This document shows, in pieces, positions 22,900 to 35,257 of a stretch of DNA of 40,663 bases; within the stretch, counting starts at the first letter, position 1, and each line of letters begins with the position of its first letter. The notes beneath the pieces were generated by a model. That model was given only the letters and a program-made list of their open reading frames with translations. It did not search any database and was not told the origin of the DNA. The position numbers were made by a program, and so were the translations under genes. The DNA lies in contig JAXLNO010000596.1 of NCBI GenBank assembly GCA_038087875.1, forward strand, positions 1 to 40,663, read 5' to 3'. The stretch is from Malacoraja senta. Its lineage: Eukaryota.

Positions 22900-23087
22900 G
22901 CACGGTGGCGCAGCGGTAGAGTTGCTGCCTCACAGCGGCAGAGACCCCGGTTCGATCCTGACTACGGGTTACTGTCTGTACAGGATTTGTACGTGGGTTT
23001 TCTCCAGGTGCTCCGGTTTCCTCCCACATTCCAAAGGTGTACAGGTTTGCAGGTTAATTGGCTTGGGTGACATTGTAAATTGTCCTC

Positions 23088-23122
<35 letters not shown>

Positions 23123-23903
23123 ATAGTGTTAATGTGCGGGGATCGGTGGTCGGCACGGACTCGGTGGGCCGAAGGGCCTGTTTCCGCGCCGTATCTCTGA
23201 ACTAAAACCTGGTGCTGAGGTATTTGGAGTCCGTTAGAGGATCTTCGTTCGACGTCTAATTTCCACTTATTCAGCTCCGAGCACTTCTGCCACAGTAACT
23301 CGAAAGGAGTTCGCTTATTTTGCCAAGTATTCAATGACTATTGTGTCTTCTGCATGTCACAGGGCTGTGTATGTTTTGAATCTTTAGCTCTGTACATTTT
23401 ATGCCATGCGGCCTGTGTGCCTGGGTACTGTTCTTTCGTGGTTGTCAAATTAAATTAAATTGATGTGGAGGAATGTATCGGTTGGCTTTTCGTTCCCGTT
23501 CTTTGTGGTGAGAGACTACATTCGCGCTCATTTCTCCTGCCTAGTTCATGCTATTGAACCATCACACAGCATAGAAAGACTCCGTTCAGCTCAACCTATC
23601 TGCTATGCCTTTTTGAATGATGGCGGCACAGCAGTAGAGTTGCTGCCTCGCAGCGCCAGAGACCCGGGTTCGATCCCGACTGCAGGTGCTTGTCTGCACG
23701 GAGTTTGCACGTTCTCCCCGTGACCTGCGTGGGTTTTCTCCGGGTGCTCCGGTTTCCTCCCACACGCCAAAGACTCACGGGTTTGTAGGTTAGAAATGTG
23801 TTGGATAGTGTTAATGTGTGCGGATCAATGGTCGGTGCGGACTCGGTGGGCCGAAGCGCCTGTTTCGCTAGCCTGTGGCTCTAAACTAAAAGCTAAACTA
23901 AAT
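22900..23903 (+). mobile_element. Two HE1-like SINEs (about 22900-23208 with (TG)n, and about 23620-23903) separated by unique sequence
   Basis: SINE consensus in both copies. Confidence 0.85.
23449..23459 (+). terminator. Candidate SCGN polyadenylation signal (overlapping ATTAAA x2); AATAAA at 20709-20714 is an alternative
   Basis: Hexamers in non-repeat sequence downstream of the stop, with TGTA upstream and GT/T-rich sequence nearby. No transcript evidence is available. Confidence 0.3.
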
Positions 23904-23907
23904 ATCA

Positions 23908-24528
23908 CAATAGACGATAGACAATAGACAGTAGACAATAGGTGCAGGAGTAGGCCATTCGGGCCCTTCGAGCCAGCACCGCCATTCAATGTGATCATGG
24001 CTGATCATCCCCAATCCTGCCTTCTCCCCATATCCCCTGACGCCGCTATCTTTAAGATCCTTATCTAGCTCTCTCTTGAAAGTATCCAGAGAACCGGCCT
24101 CCACCACCGAGGCAGAGAATTCCACAGACTCACAACTCTCTGTGTGAAAAAGTATTTCCTCGTCTCCGTTCTAAATGGCTTACCACTTATTCTTAAACTG
24201 TGGCCCCTGGTTCTGGACTCCCCCAACACCGGGAACATGTTTCCTGCCTCTAGCGTGTCCAAACCCTTAACATTCTTCTATGTTTCAATAAGATTCCCTC
24301 TCATCCTTCTAAACTACAGAGTGTACAAGCCCAGCCGCTCCATTCTCTCAGCATAAGACAGTCCCTCCATCCCGGGAATTAACCTTGTAAACCTACGCCG
24401 CACTCCCTCAATAGCATGAATGTCCTTCCTCAAATTAGGGGACCAAAACTGCACACAATACTCCAGGTGTGGTCTCAATATGGCCCTGCACAACTGCAGA
24501 AGGACTTCTTTGCTCCTATACTCAACTC
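23908..24528 (-). mobile_element. CR1 LINE 3' fragment
   Basis: ESRTRGHSLRI...RVVSLWNSLP, with a (CAATAGA)n tail. Confidence 0.9.
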
Positions 24529-24586
24529 ACACAGAATAGGAAGAGTCCATTCAGCCCAAGCTATCTGCTATGCCTCTGAATGAGGT

Positions 24587-25655
24587 TGGCACGGTGGCGC
24601 AGCGGTAGAGTTGCTGCCTCGCAGCGCCAGAGACGCGGGTTCAATAGGACCTTATTTGTCACATGTACCGAGGTACAGTGAAATTCATTTTTGTGTACAG
24701 TTCGGTACAAGTATCACTATATACAGAAGCACTCAGATACATCTTAGATAAGCATCTCAGATCCAGTACAAGTGTACAGCAGCAGTACACTGAGATAGTG
24801 GACAGAGTCGCCAGTTTGCCGCCATTTTCAAGTCCCACTTGGTGTAAGTGCAGGGATCTTGGCCTGACCGTGAAGGCCCGTTGTCACGGCGACGTTGCAG
24901 GGTCAGCCTGGCCAAGCGTAGCCGCGGTGTCCTCCATCACTGCTCCACCGCTGTAGGCCGCGTCTGGTCCACGCGCTCTGCCTCTTGGAGCGGCGCCCGG
25001 TCCGGCCAAATTGTTTGATTTCTCAAGTCAATGAAGGTCCATAAAGTGAAAATTATGCTGTTGTAAAGAGTTGGGCTTTGAGTGACCGGCTCGCCCCTAC
25101 AGGCCTCCCAGGAGGCTGCGGAAAAGCCTGCCAGGAGCCTCGACGGCAATGGTGAGCCTCGGCGGTGGCGGTGGTGGGGCCTCGGCGGTCGGCGATCGAT
25201 GAGAGCGTGGGGGGAACCACCATGAGGGAGGGGGGAGAACAATGGAGGACCCGGCGTGGGGAAGCAAAGGAGGAGCCGGCGGGGATACTTTGTAACTTTG
25301 TCAACGCCCTTTATGTGGCCGCTATTTGCATACCTTGGATCTGCAAGCAAGGAATTTCACTGTGCCTGGTCACATGTGACAACAAAGTAGAATGTATTCC
25401 ATTCCATCCACAGTAGGCTATTTGCTTAGCACAATCCCGTCCTCGGGTGCTCTCTGTGCAGAGTTTGCACGTTCTTCTCCGTGACCTCGTGGGTTTTCTT
25501 CAGGTGCTCCGGTTTCCTCCCACCTTCCAAAGATTTGCGAGTTTGAGGGTTGATTGGCTTCTGTAAATTGTCCCTAGTGCGTAGGATTGAACTAGTGTGT
25601 GGGTGATGGTTGGTTGGCGTGGACCTGTTTCTGCGCTGTATCCCTGAACTTGACT
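24587..25655 (+). mobile_element. HE1-like SINE split by an insert of about 790 bp (24646-25431) that carries two opposed Rex-type tails
   Basis: The head ends ggttCAAT at 24645 and the body resumes CAATcccg at 25432. Confidence 0.65.
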
Positions 25656-26149
25656 GAGGTCTCTGATTCGGACCATCCTCCTTCTGGCCTCAGAACAACA
25701 GGATGCTCCTTTATGAAAGAGATGAGCAATTTCTTTAGTCAGAGGGTGGTGAATCTGTGGAATTTGTTGTCACTGATGGCTGTGGAGGCCAAGTCAATGG
25801 ATATTTTTAAGGCAAAGACTTATTAATGCTTGATTAGTGCGGGTGTCAGGGGTTGTGGGGAGAAGGCAGGAGAATGGGGTTGAGAGGGAAAGATAGATCA
25901 GCCATGATTGAATGGCGCAGTAGACTAGATGGGCCGAATGGCCTAAATTCTGCTCCTATCACTAATGACAATTTACAGAAGCCAATTAACCTACAAACCT
26001 GCGTGTCTCTGCAATGTGGGAGGAAACCGAAGCACCCGGAGAAAACCCACACTGTAAAAGGGAGAACGTACAAACTATGAACCATTGCTTGGAAGGTACT
26101 CTGCAACTCTTTGATTCATTGGTACAGCTTTGATCCTCGTGATAGTGGA

Positions 26150-26948
26150 TACAAATAGACACAAAGTGCTGGAGTAACTCAGCGGGACAGGCAGCAGCAT
26201 CTCCGGAGGGAAGGAATGAGTGACGTTTCGGGTCGAGACCCTTCTTCGGACTGAGAGTCATGGGAGAGAAACCAAGAAACCAAGAACAACCAAGAGGCAG
26301 TCTAGAGATATGGAAGGGTAAGGTGTGAAGACGAGAGATCAAAGGAGGTGAAGTTCAAGGAAAATGGAGAAAGGATCATTGTTAGCTGAGGGGAAGGAGA
26401 CAACGACGCATACAATGTAACATTTAATCAGGAGGACACTCAGACTAGTCGGAGAACTAGGATGGGGGAGGGATGGAGAGAGAGGGAGAGCAAGGGTTAT
26501 TTGAAGTTAGGGAAGTCAATGTTCATACCACTGGGGTGCAACCTGCCCAAGCGAAATAGGAGGTGCTGCTCCTCCAATTTGCGCTGGGCCTCACTCTGAC
26601 AATGGAGGAGGCCCAGGACAGAAAGGTCAGTGTGGGACTGGGAGGGGGAGTTAAAGTGTTGAGCGACCGGGAGATCGCGTAGACATAGGCGGACTGAGCA
26701 GGGGGTGTTCAGCTAAACGATCGCCGAGCCTGCGCTTGGTCTGGCCCATATACAGGAGTCCACGCCTGGAACAGCGGGTACAGTAGATGAGGTTGGAGGA
26801 GGTGCAAGTGAACCTCCGCCTCACCTGAAAGGACTGTCGGGGTCCATGGACAGAGTCGAGGAGGGAGGTAAAGGGACAGGTGTTGCATTTCCTGCAGTTG
26901 CAGGGGAAAGTACCTGGGGAGGGGATGGTTTGGGAGGGAAGGGATGTT
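26150..26948 (-). mobile_element. Penelope-like element 3' fragment (Neptune-like Cys linker, GIY-YIG and terminal repeat)
   Basis: PGTFPCNCRKCNTCP...SFQVRRRFTCTSSNLIYCTRC...LYMGQTKRRLGDRLAEH. A hammerhead variant (CCGAAGA core) lies at 26222-26249. Confidence 0.88.
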
Positions 26949-27007
26949 AACCGACGAGTTATTTTAATTTGTTTCCATTGGCTGTGTAAACCTTTTGAAT
27001 GTGATAT

Positions 27008-27492
27008 ACAATAGAATACAATAGACAATAGGTACAGGAGTAGGCCATTCGGCCCTTCGAGCCAGCACCGCCATTCAATGTGATCATGGCTGATCATCCC
27101 CAATCAGTACCCCGTTCCTGCCTTCTCGCCATATCCCCTGACTCCGCTATTTTTAAGAGCCCTATCTTGCTCTCTCTTGAAAGCATCCAGAGAACCCGCC
27201 TGCACAGATTTCTGAGGCAGAGAATTCCACAGACTCACCACTCTCTGTGAGAAAAAGTGTTTCCTCGTCTCCGTTCTAAATGGCTTACCCCTTATTCTTA
27301 AACTGTGGCCCCTGGTTCTGGACTCCCCCAACATCGGGAACATGTTTCCTGGCTCTAGCGTGTCCAAACCCTCAACAATCTTATGTCTCAATGAGATAGC
27401 CTCTCATCCTTCTAAACTCCAGAGTGTACAAGCCCAGCTGCTCCATTCTCTCAGCATATGACAGCCCCGCCATCCCGGGAATTAACCTCGGG
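27008..27492 (-). mobile_element. CR1 LINE 3' fragment
   Basis: ORF 27104-27391 is the CR1 C-terminus, followed by the 3' UTR. Confidence 0.9.
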
Positions 27493-27870
27493 ATCTTCAA
27501 GTAAGACCCGCTGCTTATTTTCCAATAGTCCTACAAAGGTTTTATCCAATATACCTTGTGAAAAATGCCTTTAAATTTGCTTTCCCTCATTCAGAACACC
27601 GTTCCCCTTGCTTTTCATCAATACATTTGATTAATGGGTGTGCAGCATTTCTGAAATAAATTTCACAGTTGCTTTGGCACAGGCACTTCTAAGAGCCTGC
27701 ACACAAAGGTGACCTTGACATTTCCATTGTTCTAAATGATCCAACGGTAAAAAGCAAAGATGAAGCGATTACAAAGTTAAATTATCTCATTGCTGCCAGT
27801 TATCCCGCAACTTAATGTTTCTATACAAACTTAGCTTAGTTTAGTTAAGAAGGGTCTCGACCCGAAACGT

Positions 27871-28194
27871 TTTCCCAATGTTGGGGGAGCCCAGAACCAG
27901 GGGCCACAGTTTGAGAATGAGGGGTAAACCATTTAGAACGGAGACGAGGAAACACTTGTTCACACAGAGAGTGGTGAGTCTGTGGAATTCTCTGCCTCAG
28001 AGGGCGGTGGAGGCCGGTTCTCTGGATACTTTCAAGAGAGAGCTAGATAGGGCTCCTAAAGATAGCGGAGTCAGGGGATATGGGGATGAGGCAGGAATGG
28101 GGTACTGATTGGGGATGATCAGCCATGATCACATTGAATGGCAGTGCTGGCTCGAAGGGCCGAATGGCCTACTCCTGCACCTATTGTCTATTGT
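27871..28194 (+). mobile_element. CR1 3' fragment inserted into a PLE hammerhead motif
   Basis: The host gacccgaaacgt (ending at 27870) resumes as cacccattcc after the (ctattgt)n tail. Confidence 0.85.
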
Positions 28195-28262
28195 CACCCA
28201 TTCCGTCGCTCCAGAGATGCTGCCTGTCCCGCTGAGTTGCTCCAGCTTTTTGTGTCTTATCT

Positions 28263-28735
28263 TTAGTTCAGTTTAGTTTAGAGATACAGCGAGGAAACAG
28301 ACCCTTCGGCCACCGAGTCTGCACCGACCAGCGATCCCCACACACTAACACTACCCTACACACACTAGGGTCAATTTTACATTTTACACCAAGCCAATTA
28401 ACCTACTAACCTGTACGTTTTTTGGAGTGTGGGAGAAAACTGGATATCTCGGAGAAAACCCACGCAGGTCACGGGGAGTACGGACAAACTCCGTACAAAG
28501 GCAGAGATGGGTAGAATCTTGATCAGTGCGGGCGTCTGAGGTTTATGGGGAGAAGGCAGGAGAATGGGGTTAGGAGGGAGAGACAGATCAGCCATGATTG
28601 AATGGCGGAGTGGACTTGATGGGCCGAATGGCCTAATTCTCCTCCTATCAATTATGAACTTATGATAAACAATTATCCGTGGTCAGGATCGATCCCGGGC
28701 CTCTGGCACTGTAAAGCAGCACCACGCTGATGCCC
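28263..28735 (-). mobile_element. HE1-like SINE split by a CR1 tail fragment (about 28498-28670, + strand)
   Basis: SINE consensus on both sides of a CR1 3' UTR. Confidence 0.75.
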
Positions 28736-29170
28736 GTTATTCAACCAAAGACGTTATATGAGGCATTGGTGAGGCCACATTCAGAGCATTGTGTTCGGTT
28801 CTGGGCACCGTGTTATAGGAAAGATGTTGTCAGGCTGGAAAGGGTGCAGAGAAGATTCACGGGATTTCCAGGACTAGGGGGCGGATGAGCAGAATGGGGC
28901 ATGTTGGTCGGCATGGACAAACATAGAAACATAGAAAGTAGATACAGGAGTAGGTCATTCGGCCCTTCGAGCCAGCACCGCCATTCAATATGATCATGGC
29001 TGATCATCCAGAATCAGTACCCCGTTCCTGCCTTCTCCCCCTATCCCTTGATTCCGTTAGCCCTAAGAGCTAAATCTAACTCTGTCGACACAGGAGGAGA
29101 AAAAAACACCACCTCTAAACGCTCGTAGACAAAAACGCTGGTGAAACTCTGCGGGTGAGGCAGCATCTGT

Positions 29171-29198
29171 CTGAAGAAGGGTCTCGACCCGAAACGTC
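29171..29198 (+). ncRNA. Minimal hammerhead ribozyme motif inside a fold-back PLE unit (about 29126-29300)
   Basis: CTGAAGAAGGGTCTCGACCCGAAACGTC, flanked by inverted arms gcgggtgaggcagc and gctgcctcacccgc. Confidence 0.75.
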
Positions 29199-29639
29199 GC
29201 CTATTTCCTTCACTCCGTAGACGCTGCCTCACCCGCTGAGTTTCTCCAGCATTTTTGTCTACCTTCGATTTTTCCAGCATCTGCAGTTCTTTCTTAAACC
29301 TTTAAACGCTCAGTTTGTTGCCACGACTACCAGAGCTGGATGTTTCCGCGTGCAGCAGAAATAATAAGTGACAAATTTTGACAAGTACCTTACATATAGT
29401 GCACATTTATGAAGGTTAATGGCAATCTATGGCAGGTAATACAATGACTTGATGTTTATTCTGCAAACTCGCTCAAGTGGATGAACTGCTCAGCAAAACA
29501 AACCATTATGATAAAAGGATTTGCCAATCGCTCTCTTATCCCTCTTTGTCCGCTGGGAATGAGCACTTAGAACTGAAGAATTGCCCGTGCTCAGTTAAGG
29601 GGTTTAAATCCCTCTTCAGCGTTAAGATCTTACATTAAC

Positions 29640-31592
29640 GGATGACACAAAGCTGGGTGGCAGTGTGAGCTGCGACGAGGATGCTATGAGGCTGCAGGGT
29701 GACTTGGACAGGTTGAGTGAGTGGGCAGATGCATGGCAGATGCAGTATAATGTGGATGAATGTGAGGTTATCCACTTTGGTGGCAAGAACAGGAAGGTAG
29801 ATTATTATCTGAATGGTGTCAGGTTAGGAAAAGGGGAGGTGCAATGAGACCTGGGTGTGCTTGTACATCAGTCACTGAAAGTAAGCATGCAGATACAGCA
29901 GGCAGTGAAGAAAGCCAATTTCCTTCATTACGGGTGGATTTGAGTATAGGAGTAAGCAGGCATGGAAATCGCTATCAAAATATGGAGGGGACCGGGTGAC
30001 AGGGGGGACACAATTTCTTGCCGGCTGCGCGCGCATGCGCACACACACACACACACACACACACGCGCGAGGCTTCAGAGGCTCAATCCAGCGCTAAATG
30101 CAGCTCAACTCTGCCTGTGTCGCCGGGTTAACCTACAGCCCTGCCTGGACTGACGGGACACCAGCCTGGAGTCGTGGAGCTAGCGCTGCTTCTCCGCGCT
30201 GGCTGTAAACCTGGGCCATATTTCGCGCAAGCCCAGGCAGGGCTGTAGGTTAACCTGGCGGGACAGGCAGAGTTGAGCTGGGTTTAGCGCTGCTTGTCTG
30301 CGCTGGCTGTGGGCCTGGGGGCACCGCTCCCGTCTGACTCCCGACGTCTCTGGCCACCCCCTGGGCGTGGGGGCACTCGGGTGGGGACGGGACAGCGCCG
30401 GAGAGCCGGGATCGATCCTGGCTGCTGATGAAGCGCAGGTCTGTGCCGAGAGTGTCTTGGCACGTCTCCCTCCTCCAATCACCGCGCTCTATCCTCAGTC
30501 CCACCCCCCCCTACTTCCGCCTCTGACCGACATCGCCCTCATCCAATGATCGAGCTGAATCATCATGTCCCGCCCCCATTGCCTGCTGACCGACGTCTCT
30601 CTCGTCCAATCGGCGCCCTCGACCATCAGTCCCACCCCCACTGTCTCGCGGAAAGCGGAGATTTCACCGGGTTTTAAAATCCGGATTACAAAAACTTGGG
30701 GGGGATCATCCCCCACCTCTCAAAACAGAAGGGGGACATGGTCCCCCCTGCCCCCCCCCGGATTTCCGCCCCTAAGCAAGGATGTCCTACTGCAGTTGTA
30801 AGGGGTCCTGGTGAGACCTCACATGGAGTACTGTGTGCAGTTTTGGTCTCCTAATTTGAGGAAGGACATTCTTGCTATTGAGGGAAGCAAAGCAAGAATT
30901 TCATTGTCCTATCTTGGACACATGACAATAAACTCTCTTGAATCTTGAATCTTGTGTGCAGCGTAGGTTCACCAGGTTAATTCGCGGGATGGCGGGACTG
31001 ACATAAGATGAAAGAATGGGTCGACTGGGCTTGTAATCGCTGGAATTTAGAAGGATGAGAGGCGATCTTATAGAAGCATATAAAATTCTTAAGGGATTGG
31101 ACAGGCTAGATGCAGCAAAAATGTTCCCTGTTAGGGGAGTCCAGAACCAGAGATCACAGTTTAAGAATAAAAGGTAGGCCATTTAGGACTGAGATGAGGA
31201 AAAACCTTTTCACCCAGAGAGTTGTGAATCTGTGGAATTCTCTGCCTCCGAAGGCAGTGGAGGCCAATTCACTGGTTGTTTTCAAGAGAGAGTTAGATAG
31301 AGCTCTTAAAGATAGGGGATATGGTGAGAAGGCAGGAACGTGGTACTGAGAAGGCAATGTGGTGAGAAGGCAGGAACGGGGTACTGAGAAGACAATGGAG
31401 GCCAAATTCTCTGGATGTTTTCAAGAGAGAGTTAGATTTAGCTCTTAGGGCTAAAGGAAACAAAGGATACGGGGGATTAAGCAGGAACGGGGTACTGATT
31501 CGGGTTGATCAGCCATGATCATATTGAATGGCGATGCTGGCTTGAAGGGCCAAATGGCCTACTCCTGCACCTATTTTCTATGTTTCTATGTT
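29640..31592 (+). mobile_element. CR1 LINE 3' region split by a DNA transposon and a short Rex-type tail
   Basis: DDTKLGGSVSCDEDAMRLQGDLDRLSEWADAWQMQYN, continuing after 30774 to the (tttctatg) tail. Confidence 0.88.
29957..30774. mobile_element. Non-autonomous DNA transposon with hAT-like termini
   Basis: Imperfect TIRs caggcatggaaatcg and cggatttccgccccta, with flanks AGTAAG and AGCAAG. It cleanly interrupts a CR1. Confidence 0.6.
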
Positions 31593-31649
31593 TAAGACTA
31601 AGAAGAAGCCTCTGAGTTAGATTTATTGTGCTTGCATTTTGGTAGCGAT

Positions 31650-31950
31650 AGTGCCTGACAGCGCTTGCAGCGCCAGAGACCCAGGTTCGATCCTGACTAC
31701 GGGTGCTTGTCTGTAAGGAGTTTGTACGTTCTCCCCGTGACCTGCGTTTAGTTTTCTCCGAGTTCTTCAGTTTCCTCCCACACTCCAATGACGTGCAGGC
31801 TTGTAGGTTTATTGGCTTGGTCCCTAGGTTAATTAAATTGTCCCTAGTGTGTGTAGGATAGTGTTTGTGCGCGGGGATCGCTGGTCGGTGCAGACTCGGT
31901 GGGCCGAAGGGCCTGTTTCTGCACGGTATTTCTGAACTAAACTAAACTAA
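31650..31950 (+). mobile_element. HE1-like SINE
   Basis: B-box, V-domain and (CTAAA)n tail. Confidence 0.85.
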
Positions 31951-31997
31951 GCATGCTCACTGATGCAGCCTAAACAAAGAATAGCTTTCATGGGGGT

Positions 31998-32280
31998 AAA
32001 CCTGTCTCTAAGTTAATAGGAATCTGAGGGGTAACTTTTTCACACAAAGGGTGGTGGGTGTATGGAACAAGCCGCCAGAGGAGGTAGTTGAAGCTGGGAC
32101 TATCCCAATGTTTAAGAAACAGTTAGACATGTACATGGATAGGACAAGTTTGGAGCGATATGGACCAAACGCAGGCAGGTGGGACTAATGTAGATGGGAC
32201 ATTGTTGGCCGCTATGGACAAGTTGGGCCGAAGGGCCTGTTTCCACACTGTATCACTCTATGACTATGTCTATGACTATG
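31998..32280 (+). mobile_element. HER1-like CR1 subfamily 3' fragment whose tail is shared with the SINE
   Basis: cacacaaagggtggtgggtgtatggaac encodes TQRVVGVWN; tail gggccgaagggcctgtttccacactgtatc followed by (ctatga)n. Confidence 0.78.
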
Positions 32281-32300
32281 TTTGTCCTCTTTCTGCTTAA

Positions 32301-32630
32301 TGGCCCTGTCCCACGGTACGAGTTCATTCCAAGAGCTCTCCCGAGTTTAAAAAAAAATCAAACTCGTGGTCAGCACAGAGAATGAACATAGCAGGTACGT
32401 CGGAGCTCGGGGACGTCTCTTAGCGGCTCGTAACGCTAACGGCGGGTACTCGGGAAGACTCGTTAACGGCAGGTAAGCTCGGGAAGACTCGGGAAGATTT
32501 TTCAACATGTTGAAAAATGTCCACGAGAGCCCCGATACCGACGAGCGGCCATTACTGTAAATCTCCGAGTTTGAATCAGGGCAAACTCGGGAGAACTCTT
32601 GGAATGAACTCGTACCGTGGGACAGGGCCA
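32301..32630. mobile_element. PIF/Harbinger-type MITE with long, near-perfect TIRs
   Basis: TIR of about 48 bp (tggccctgtcccacggtacgagttcattccaagag.tctcccgagttt) with one mismatch; TAA TSD at 32298-32300 and 32631-32633. Confidence 0.92.
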
Positions 32631-33539
32631 TAAGTGATCTCAAACAGATTGCTTCAACAAAAGATTACGACTAGAGTTCACCCTTTCACCTTTCAATCAA
32701 TCCTCCACCCACTCCCACAACACTTTCTACATCTTAAAATTAACTTGTTAACTCTCTTCCTTGAGCAAAACACTTGGAGAGTATCTTCACCCTATAATAT
32801 TAAATCTGATCCTCTCTCCACTGATGCTGCCTGACCTCATAGAGTCACACAGAGTCATACAGCGTGGATACAGGCCCCAAGGGTCCAACTTGCCCACTCC
32901 GGCCAACATGCCCCATATACACTAGTCCCACCTGCCTGCATTTGGCCCATATCTCGGTGGGCCGAAGAGCCTGTTTCCGCGCTGTATCTCTAAACTAACC
33001 TAAACTAAACATTATGTTGAGAGGCTCATCCTTCGCAACATCAGGGATAATCCCGAACAGATCCGTAACAGAGGACTCTCTGGTTTGTGAAGTGTTCCCA
33101 GGGACACATTCGGAGACGGACATCAAGCACTGCTGGAAGACCATCAACGAGGTGATAATCAATCACCAGTCGCACCCCCGGGTCACTCCCTATTCTCCCC
33201 TCTCCCATCAGGCAAGAATTACACAAAATACTGGAGTAACTCAGGTTAGAAGGAATGGGTGACATTTCGGGTTGAGACCCTTCTCCAGACCTTCCCTTCT
33301 CATGGGAGAGGGAAACGAGAGATATGGAAGGTAAGCTTTGGAGTGTGGGAGGAAACCGGAGCACCCGGAGGAAACCCACGCGGTCACAGGGTAGAACGTA
33401 TAAACGCCTTACGCACAGCACCCGGATACAGAGATAAGGAAGGGCAAGGTGTGAAAACGTCCGTTGGGTTGGAACCGGGTCTGGAACCAGAGCCTTCCTT
33501 ATCTCTTATCTCTAGTCTCCCTCTCCCTTGACTTTCAGT

Positions 33540-33567
33540 CTGAAGAAGGGTCTCGACCCGAAACGTC
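33540..33567 (+). ncRNA. Minimal hammerhead ribozyme motif inside a fold-back PLE unit (about 33219-33670)
   Basis: CTGAAGAAGGGTCTCGACCCGAAACGTC, with a degenerate inverted copy at about 33261-33288. Confidence 0.75.
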
Positions 33568-33671
33568 ACCCATTCCTTCTCTCCAGAGATGCTGCCTGTC
33601 CCGCTGAGTTATTCCAGCTTTTTGTGTCTGTCTTTGGTGTAATCCAGCATCTCCAGTTCCTTCTGACACAT

Positions 33672-34218
33672 TCCTAATCTGAGGAAGGACATTATTGCCA
33701 TAGAGGGAGTACAGAGAAGGTTCACCACACTGATTCCTGGGATGTCAGGACTTTCATATGAAGAAAGACTGGATAGACTCGGCTTGTACTCGCTAGAATT
33801 TAGAAGATTGAGGGGGGATCTTATAGAAACTTACAACATTCTTAAGGGGTTGGACAGGCTAGATGCAGGAAGATTGTTCCCGATGTTGGGGGAAGTCCAG
33901 AACAAGGGGTCACAGTTTAAGGATAAGGGGGAAGTCTTTTAGGACCGAGATGAGAAAAACATTTTTCACACAGAGAGTGGCGAATCTGTGGAATTCTCTG
34001 CCACAGAAGGTAGTTGAGGCCAGTTCATTGGCTATATTTAAGAGGGAGTTAGATGTGGCCCTTGTGGCTAAAGGGATCAGGGGGTATGGAGAGAAGGCAG
34101 GTACAAGATACTGAGTTGGATGATCAGCCATGATCATATTGAATGGCGGTGCAGGCTGGAAGGGCCGAATGGCCTACTCCTGCATCTATTTTCTATGTTC
34201 TATGTTTCTATGTTTCTA
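33672..34218 (+). mobile_element. CR1 LINE 3' fragment
   Basis: GLSYEERLDRLGLYSLEFRRLRGDLIE, with a (tttctatg)n tail. Confidence 0.9.
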
Positions 34219-34574
34219 TAGAAGTGTGAAAACGCACACCTCCAGATTCAGGGACAGTTATCAGGCAACTGAATCATCCTCTCAACAATTAGAGAGCCGT
34301 CCTGAGCTACTATCAACCGCATTGGAGTCCCTCGGACTATCTTTAATCAGCCTTTACAGAACTTTACCTTGCACTAAGCGATATTCCCTTCGTCATGTAT
34401 CTGCACACTGCACACGGCTCGATTGTAATCATGTGTAGTCTTTCCACTGACTGGTTAGCACGCAACAAAAGCTTTTCACTGTACCTTGGTACAAGTGACA
34501 ACAAAATATACCACACTAGTTTAAATTGTGAATTGCTATGAATTAAAATTAAGGACCTGTGGGCGGTGTGACTA

Positions 34575-35050
34575 TTAGAAAATAGATGCAGGAGGAGGCC
34601 ATTCGGCCCTTCGAGCCAGCACCGCCATTTAATATGGTCATGGCAGATCGTCCCCTATCAATAATCCGTGCCTGCCTTCTCCCCATATCCCTTGATTCCA
34701 CTAGCCCCTAGAGCTCTATCTAACTCTCTCTTAAATCCATCCAGTGACTTGGCCTCCACTGCCCTCTGTGGCAGGGAATTCCACAAATTCACAACTCTCT
34801 GGGTGAAAAAGTTTTTTCTCACCTCAGTCTCAAATGGCCTCCCCTTTATTCTAAGACTGTGGCCCCTGGTTCTGGACTCGCCCAACATTGGGGGGGGAAA
34901 TTTCCTGCATCTAGCCTGTCCCGTCCTTTTATAATTTTATATGTTTCTATAAGATCCCCCCCTCATCCTTCTAAACTCCAGTGAACACAAGCCTAGTCTT
35001 TTCAATCTTTCCTCATAAGACAGTCCCGCCATCCCAGTGACCAGTCTCGT
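34575..35050 (-). mobile_element. CR1 LINE 3' fragment
   Basis: ORF 34658-34888 is the CR1 C-terminus. Confidence 0.9.
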
Positions 35051-35257
35051 TGTTCACTATTGTTCACTATTTTTTCATGTTTGCAATCTCTGTAAAACAA
35101 CCTCTTCTAATTCTTGATTAGTATGGGTGTCAGTGGTTCTGTGGAGAAGGCAGGAGAATGGGGTTAGGTGGGAGAGGTAGATCAGCCGTGATTGAATGGC
35201 AGAGTAGCCTTGATGGGCCGAATGGCCTAATTCCGCTCCTATCACATGATCTCATGA

